DNA of 64,000 nucleotides from an uncultured Pelagibacteraceae bacterium (GTDB taxonomy: Bacteria; Pseudomonadota; Alphaproteobacteria; Pelagibacterales; AG-422-B15), in contig CACMBZ010000005.1 in NCBI GenBank assembly GCA_902612095.1, positions 274 to 64,273 on the forward strand. The letters are read 5' to 3'. This document shows positions 59,390-64,000 of this stretch, piece by piece; positions within the stretch are counted from its first letter, which is position 1, and each line of letters begins with the position of its first letter. The translations under genes and the position numbers were made by a program. The notes under the pieces were generated by a model. It worked only from the letters and a program-made list of their open reading frames with translations, searched no databases and was not told the DNA's origin.

Positions 59390-60706
59390 ATGTTGAAGTC
59401 AAAATGTTTTTCAAAGAAAAGCTATGTAGTCATTGGCATGGGAAAAACAGGATGTTCAATTTATAAATCTCTTATAAATAGTGGAGCCGCAGTATATTTT
59501 TGGGAAGATAATCCCAAACATTCAAAAAAAATATTAAATAAAGGATATAAAAAGTATTCTTCTAAAATAAGTCAAATAGACTATGTTATACCTAGTCCTG
59601 GAATTGCTACAAAAGGAAAGTCAGCACATAAACTGATAAAAAAATTAACTTCCAAAAATACTAAACTGATAAGTGAATTAGATTTATTTCAAATATACCT
59701 GGATAATTTAAATATAAGAAACCAGATTAAAATAATTGCTGTTACAGGCACAAATGGAAAATCAACAACAGTATCGCTTATTCATCATATTCTTAAAAAA
59801 AATAAATTTAACACAGAGCTTGCGGGAAATATAGGTAACCCGATCTTCGAAACAAAGATGATTAAAAAGGGTTTTTATGTTTTAGAATTATCATCTTATC
59901 AATTAGAAAGCTCCAAAATATTTCAACCTGATATTGCCTGTATACTTAATTTAACTCCAGATCATTTGGCGAGACATAATACAATGTCCAATTATGGTAA
60001 TGCTAAATTAAATATTTTTAAAAATATAAATAGCTCACAAAAAGGTTTTTTTAATAATGATTCAATTATAAAAAAATTAATAAAAAAGAATAATCATTTG
60101 AATAAAATGAAAAATTTAAAGCAGATTAATAAAAATAAAAAAAACTCCACTAAAAAATTAAATGTAAATCAATATAATTTACTGAGTAACGACCAAAACT
60201 ACCGCTTCTCATATGAAATTTTGAAAGAAGTGGGCCTAAGCAGCAATAAAATCTTCAATGCTTTTAAATCATTTAGAGGGCTTGAGTTTAGACAGCAAAT
60301 AATTTTTTCAGACAAAAGGAAACTTATTATAAATGATTCCAAGTCAACAAATTATCATTCTCTAATTGCTGCGCTAAAAAAATATAAAGATATCATCTTG
60401 ATTTGTGGCGGTCAGATAAAAAGCAATAATATCAATATATTAGATGACAGTCTTGGCAATATTAAAAAAGTAATAATTATTGGAAAGGAATCTAATACTT
60501 TTCACAAATACTTTCAGAGTAAAGTTACCACAGTTTATGTTCACAGCTTAGACAAAGCAGTGGTTGAAATGAGTAAATTTATGAAGACCAATACAGATTT
60601 CAATACTTTTTTATTTAGTCCAGGCGCCGCTTCATTTGACCAATATAATAACTTTGAAGAACGTGGAAGACATTTTAATAAACTTATAAGCAAACTTAGC
60701 AAATAA
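59390..60706 (+). CDS. murD: UDP-N-acetylmuramoylalanine--D-glutamate ligase
   Basis: 438 aa. GTNGKST P-loop, LELSSYQLE, and the INDSKSTN motif typical of MurD. Confidence 0.9.
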   Translation: MLKSKCFSKKSYVVIGMGKTGCSIYKSLINSGAAVYFWEDNPKHSKKILNKGYKKYSSKISQIDYVIPSPGIATKGKSAHKLIKKLTSKNTKLISELDLFQIYLDNLNIRNQIKIIAVTGTNGKSTTVSLIHHILKKNKFNTELAGNIGNPIFETKMIKKGFYVLELSSYQLESSKIFQPDIACILNLTPDHLARHNTMSNYGNAKLNIFKNINSSQKGFFNNDSIIKKLIKKNNHLNKMKNLKQINKNKKNSTKKLNVNQYNLLSNDQNYRFSYEILKEVGLSSNKIFNAFKSFRGLEFRQQIIFSDKRKLIINDSKSTNYHSLIAALKKYKDIILICGGQIKSNNINILDDSLGNIKKVIIIGKESNTFHKYFQSKVTTVYVHSLDKAVVEMSKFMKTNTDFNTFLFSPGAASFDQYNNFEERGRHFNKLISKLSK

Positions 60707-61818
60707 TGAATAAAAGAACTTATGAACAGTCAATAATTACAAACTGGATTACTGAAATAAATAAGCCAATTTTTTTTTGTATAACAGTATTAATAACTTT
60801 TGGTCTATTAATAAGTTTAACTATAAACCCTGGTACAAGTAGGTATCTCAATAACAATCTATTTGCATTTTTTAATATACAGGCTTTGTACCTAGCAATA
60901 GGTTTTTTAATATTTATTTCTATTTCACTGATTGAGACAAAATACATAAAATTATTTAGTGTGATATTATTTACAGTATTTTTTGCTTTACTAGCTCTTA
61001 CTCTATTATTTGGGGATGAAATCAAAGGTTCAAGAAGATGGATAAGTTTTGGATCTTTTTCTCTCATGCCAATAGAATTAGTAAAGCCAGTATTTTGCGT
61101 TGTACTAGCTCTGATATTAAATAATCAATACCAAGGCACAAAAATATCATCTCACTCACTAAGTGCTTTAATCTATATTTCAGTTGCAAGTATACTCGTT
61201 TTACAGCCTGATATTAGTCAATTTTTTTTATTATCAGCTATTTATTTTGGTTCAGTGCTTATGAGTGGTTTCAGTATTATAATACTCACTGTAATTGTGG
61301 TTTTTGGAATTCTAAGTTTTGTGATGATATATTTGCTCAACTTTAATGTTCAAAATAGAATAAATTCATTTTTATTTCCAAATGAATATGACGTAAGTCA
61401 AACTGAAATATCTCTTCAAGCAATTAAACAAGGAGGTATTATTGGTGTGGGACCGGGTAATGGTCTTTTAAAAAATAAAATTCCTGAAGCTAATTCAGAT
61501 TATATTTTTTCTGTGGTTGCAGAAGAGTATGGTCTCATAGGTTGTACACTTATATTATTAATCTTCTTTATAATATCATATCAAGGTTTCAAAAAAATTT
61601 ACGGAAACAATGATCACTTTATTCAAATCTGTTTATTTACTCTTATTTTATACGTATGCTTACAGGCCTTAATCCACATAGGGGTAAATATAAGGTTGAT
61701 ACCAACAACTGGAATTACCTTACCGTTTATCAGCTATGGAGGTTCATCGGTCCTTGGCATGTCAATTGCAGCGGGATTAATTTTATTATTTTCAAAGAAT
61801 CGACATATTCGTGAATAG
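60706..61818 (+). CDS. ftsW: SEDS-family peptidoglycan glycosyltransferase FtsW
   Basis: 370 aa, polytopic. SDYIFSVVAEEYGLIG and the GITLPFISYGGSS signature. Confidence 0.9.
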   Translation: MNKRTYEQSIITNWITEINKPIFFCITVLITFGLLISLTINPGTSRYLNNNLFAFFNIQALYLAIGFLIFISISLIETKYIKLFSVILFTVFFALLALTLLFGDEIKGSRRWISFGSFSLMPIELVKPVFCVVLALILNNQYQGTKISSHSLSALIYISVASILVLQPDISQFFLLSAIYFGSVLMSGFSIIILTVIVVFGILSFVMIYLLNFNVQNRINSFLFPNEYDVSQTEISLQAIKQGGIIGVGPGNGLLKNKIPEANSDYIFSVVAEEYGLIGCTLILLIFFIISYQGFKKIYGNNDHFIQICLFTLILYVCLQALIHIGVNIRLIPTTGITLPFISYGGSSVLGMSIAAGLILLFSKNRHIRE

Positions 61819-61827
61819 ACTAACTTT

Positions 61828-62886
61828 ATGAAAAAACTTTTTTTAGTAAGTGGAGGTACTGGCGGCCACTGTATACCAATAAATGTAGTTTATTCGGAGG
61901 CACCTAAAAATTTTAAATGCTTTATTTTAACCGATAACAGAGGCAAGAAATATTTCGATAATATAGACTCAAATAATGTAATTATACTTAGAAATCTTAT
62001 TTCTTCTCAATCAAGACTAGCAAATATTATAAATTCTCCGTTCTTATTTATTCAATCAATATTATACAATTTTAAAATCAATCCCGATTACACTATAGGT
62101 TTTGGTGGATTTTTCACAATACCTGTTCTTTTCGCTAGTTTAATAATGAGAAAAAAAATTTTTCTTCATGAGGGTAATGCATTTATTGGAAAAGCGAATA
62201 AATTATTATTTAAATTTGTAGGTAATATCTTTACAACTTTCAATGAAACGCATGGTGAAAAGCTAATTCAAAATAAAAATTCATTCAGAGTTGGTTTGCC
62301 AATTAGGAGTAGTAAAAACTTAGAAAACAAAGAAACTAATAAAAAAAATCAGCTTAAAATATGTATTCTTGGTGGTAGTCAAGGTGCAAAAAGCCTTTCA
62401 GATAATATCGCTCATTCGATCATAAAATCTAAGAATGAATGTAAGAAAGAATTTATTGTTTACCATCAATGTAGGAAAGAAGATGTAAACTTAGTAGAAA
62501 AACTTTATAGAGAAAATAGTATTGAGTGCTATGTAAATGTATACTTCAGCAATGTCACAGATATTTTAGAGAATACAAATTTAATTATTTCACGAGCTGG
62601 CTCATCGACTGTAAATGAAATTATTTGCTTTGGAATTCCCTCAATTTTGATTCCTTATCCATATGCTGCCGATAACCATCAATATTATAATGCATCAGTT
62701 CTTAAAAGCCTTAATTGTGCTGAAATAATTAAGGACAAAGACATGAATACTCACTTATTATCAAATCTGATAAATAAAATAATCAACAACCCGCAAAGAA
62801 GAGAGTCTATTAAAGAAACTTTAAAAAAAGAGTATATAAACAATCCTGTTGAAAGAATTTTTAAGCACATAGAAGCAAGTCGATGA
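61828..62886 (+). CDS. murG: UDP-N-acetylglucosamine--N-acetylmuramyl-(pentapeptide) pyrophosphoryl-undecaprenol GlcNAc transferase
   Basis: 352 aa. GGTGGH N-terminus, GGSQGA, and SRAGSSTVNEI...PY.YA.DNHQ..NA. Confidence 0.9.
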   Translation: MKKLFLVSGGTGGHCIPINVVYSEAPKNFKCFILTDNRGKKYFDNIDSNNVIILRNLISSQSRLANIINSPFLFIQSILYNFKINPDYTIGFGGFFTIPVLFASLIMRKKIFLHEGNAFIGKANKLLFKFVGNIFTTFNETHGEKLIQNKNSFRVGLPIRSSKNLENKETNKKNQLKICILGGSQGAKSLSDNIAHSIIKSKNECKKEFIVYHQCRKEDVNLVEKLYRENSIECYVNVYFSNVTDILENTNLIISRAGSSTVNEIICFGIPSILIPYPYAADNHQYYNASVLKSLNCAEIIKDKDMNTHLLSNLINKIINNPQRRESIKETLKKEYINNPVERIFKHIEASR

Positions 62887-64000
62887 AATTAAATAAAAAT
62901 AAATTAATACATATTGTAGGAGTTGGTGGAATTGGGATGAGTGGAATTGCAGAAATTTTATCAGAAATGGGATATCAAGTTCAAGGAAGTGACATAAAAA
63001 TTAACGCAAACATTGTTCGATTAAATAAAAAGAAAATAAAAACTTTCAATTCACATAAAAAATCAAATTTGAAAAATGTAAGTTTAGTTGTTTATTCATC
63101 TGCAATAAATAAAAACAATATTGAGCTTGAACATTCCAAAAAAATTAAAATTCCTTCAATTTCAAGAGCTGAAATATTATCTCAAATTGTAAAACTAAAA
63201 AAAACTATAGCTATATCTGGGTCTCATGGGAAAACTACTACGACATCTCTAATTTCAGCAGTTTTAAATGGGGCAAGAATGAAACCCACTGTAATCAATG
63301 GCGGGATAATAAATCAGTTTGGAACAAATACAAAATTAGGATCAGGTGATTGGTTAGTAGTTGAAGCTGATGAATCTGACGGTACTTTTGTGAAACTTCC
63401 AGCCTCAATTTCTGTGGTAACTAATATTGATAAAGAACATCTTGATTACTATTCAAATTTTCAAAATCTAAAAAACTATTTCAAAAGGTTTATCACACAA
63501 GTTCCTTTTTATGGTTTCGCAGTTATATGTATAGATGATAATGAGCTACGTAAGTTAGCTGCAAATATAAGTACTACAAAAATTATTAGAACCGGTTTTC
63601 ATAGAGAAAGTGATATCAAATGTATTAAATTAAGACATAAAGCCAATGAAACAATATTTGATGTTTTTGTAAAAGAGAAAAACCAAATTATTAAAAATAT
63701 TAAGTTACCACTTCATGGAGCGTATAATGTAAATAATGCATTAGCTGCTATAGCAGTTGGCCTTCAATTAAATGTAAAACCAGAAATAATTAAGAAGTCT
63801 CTAAATTCTTTTAAGGGTGTCCAAAGAAGACTTACTGAATTATGGAGTAATAATAGCATAAGAGTTGTTGATGATTATGCCCATCATCCGACCGAAATAA
63901 ATAATGTATTAAAAGGATTGGTTGATGCAGACAAAAAAAATAGAATAATAACTATTTTCCAGCCCCATAGATTCTCAAGGGTTTTAGATTTGAAAAGTAA
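62883..64000 (+). CDS. murC: UDP-N-acetylmuramate--L-alanine ligase (3'-truncated by the window end)
   Basis: Not in the track because there is no stop in the window. Hand-translated as MKLNKNKLIHIVGVGGIGMSGIAEIL..., GSHGKTTT P-loop, EADESDG, DYAHHP, and FQPHRFSR near the window end. The ATG overlaps the murG stop. Confidence 0.9.
   Translation, partial: MKLNKNKLIHIVGVGGIGMSGIAEILSEMGYQVQGSDIKINANIVRLNKKKIKTFNSHKKSNLKNVSLVVYSSAINKNNIELEHSKKIKIPSISRAEILSQIVKLKKTIAISGSHGKTTTTSLISAVLNGARMKPTVINGGIINQFGTNTKLGSGDWLVVEADESDGTFVKLPASISVVTNIDKEHLDYYSNFQNLKNYFKRFITQVPFYGFAVICIDDNELRKLAANISTTKIIRTGFHRESDIKCIKLRHKANETIFDVFVKEKNQIIKNIKLPLHGAYNVNNALAAIAVGLQLNVKPEIIKKSLNSFKGVQRRLTELWSNNSIRVVDDYAHHPTEINNVLKGLVDADKKNRIITIFQPHRFSRVLDLKS

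Overview
AT-rich, very compact bacterial chromosome segment. Many genes abut or overlap by 1-4 nt (TAATG/ATGA junctions). Gene content fits a streamlined free-living alphaproteobacterium of the SAR11/Pelagibacterales type; that is inference from content and compaction, with no search run. Most of the window is core housekeeping: purine salvage, ychF-pth-rplY-prs, lgt, proC, an EnvZ/OmpR-like two-component operon, ilvE, pgsA, uvrC, uvrB, trxB, carAB, the dnaG-rpoD operon, mlaA/mlaC, RNase P RNA, and a long dcw cluster running from mraZ to murC (murC is cut by the window end). The main non-core region starts at a tRNA(CAU) gene at 31895-31971. The last 46 nt of this tRNA recur three times downstream as direct repeats (32515-32560 perfect, ~34677-34713 degraded, 36092-36137 43/46). 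The repeats delimit three small cassettes, each encoding a cell-envelope protein: a lipoprotein, an acyltransferase-3/SGNH O-acyltransferase, and a YadA-like autotransporter. No recombinase is present. This looks like an accreted array of integrative-element remnants. A co-directional accessory-looking metabolic block follows (36.2-46.7 kb): TauD-family dioxygenase, methyltransferases, OYE flavoenzyme, SRAP, BT1-like transporter, and a GST coupled to an unknown beta-propeller-like protein. Two further oddities are ftsZ sitting between mraZ and rsmH, and five 10-bp-phased CCCA boxes upstream of mraZ that are a candidate MraZ operator. No CRISPR array, transposase, integrase or recognisable defence system was seen.
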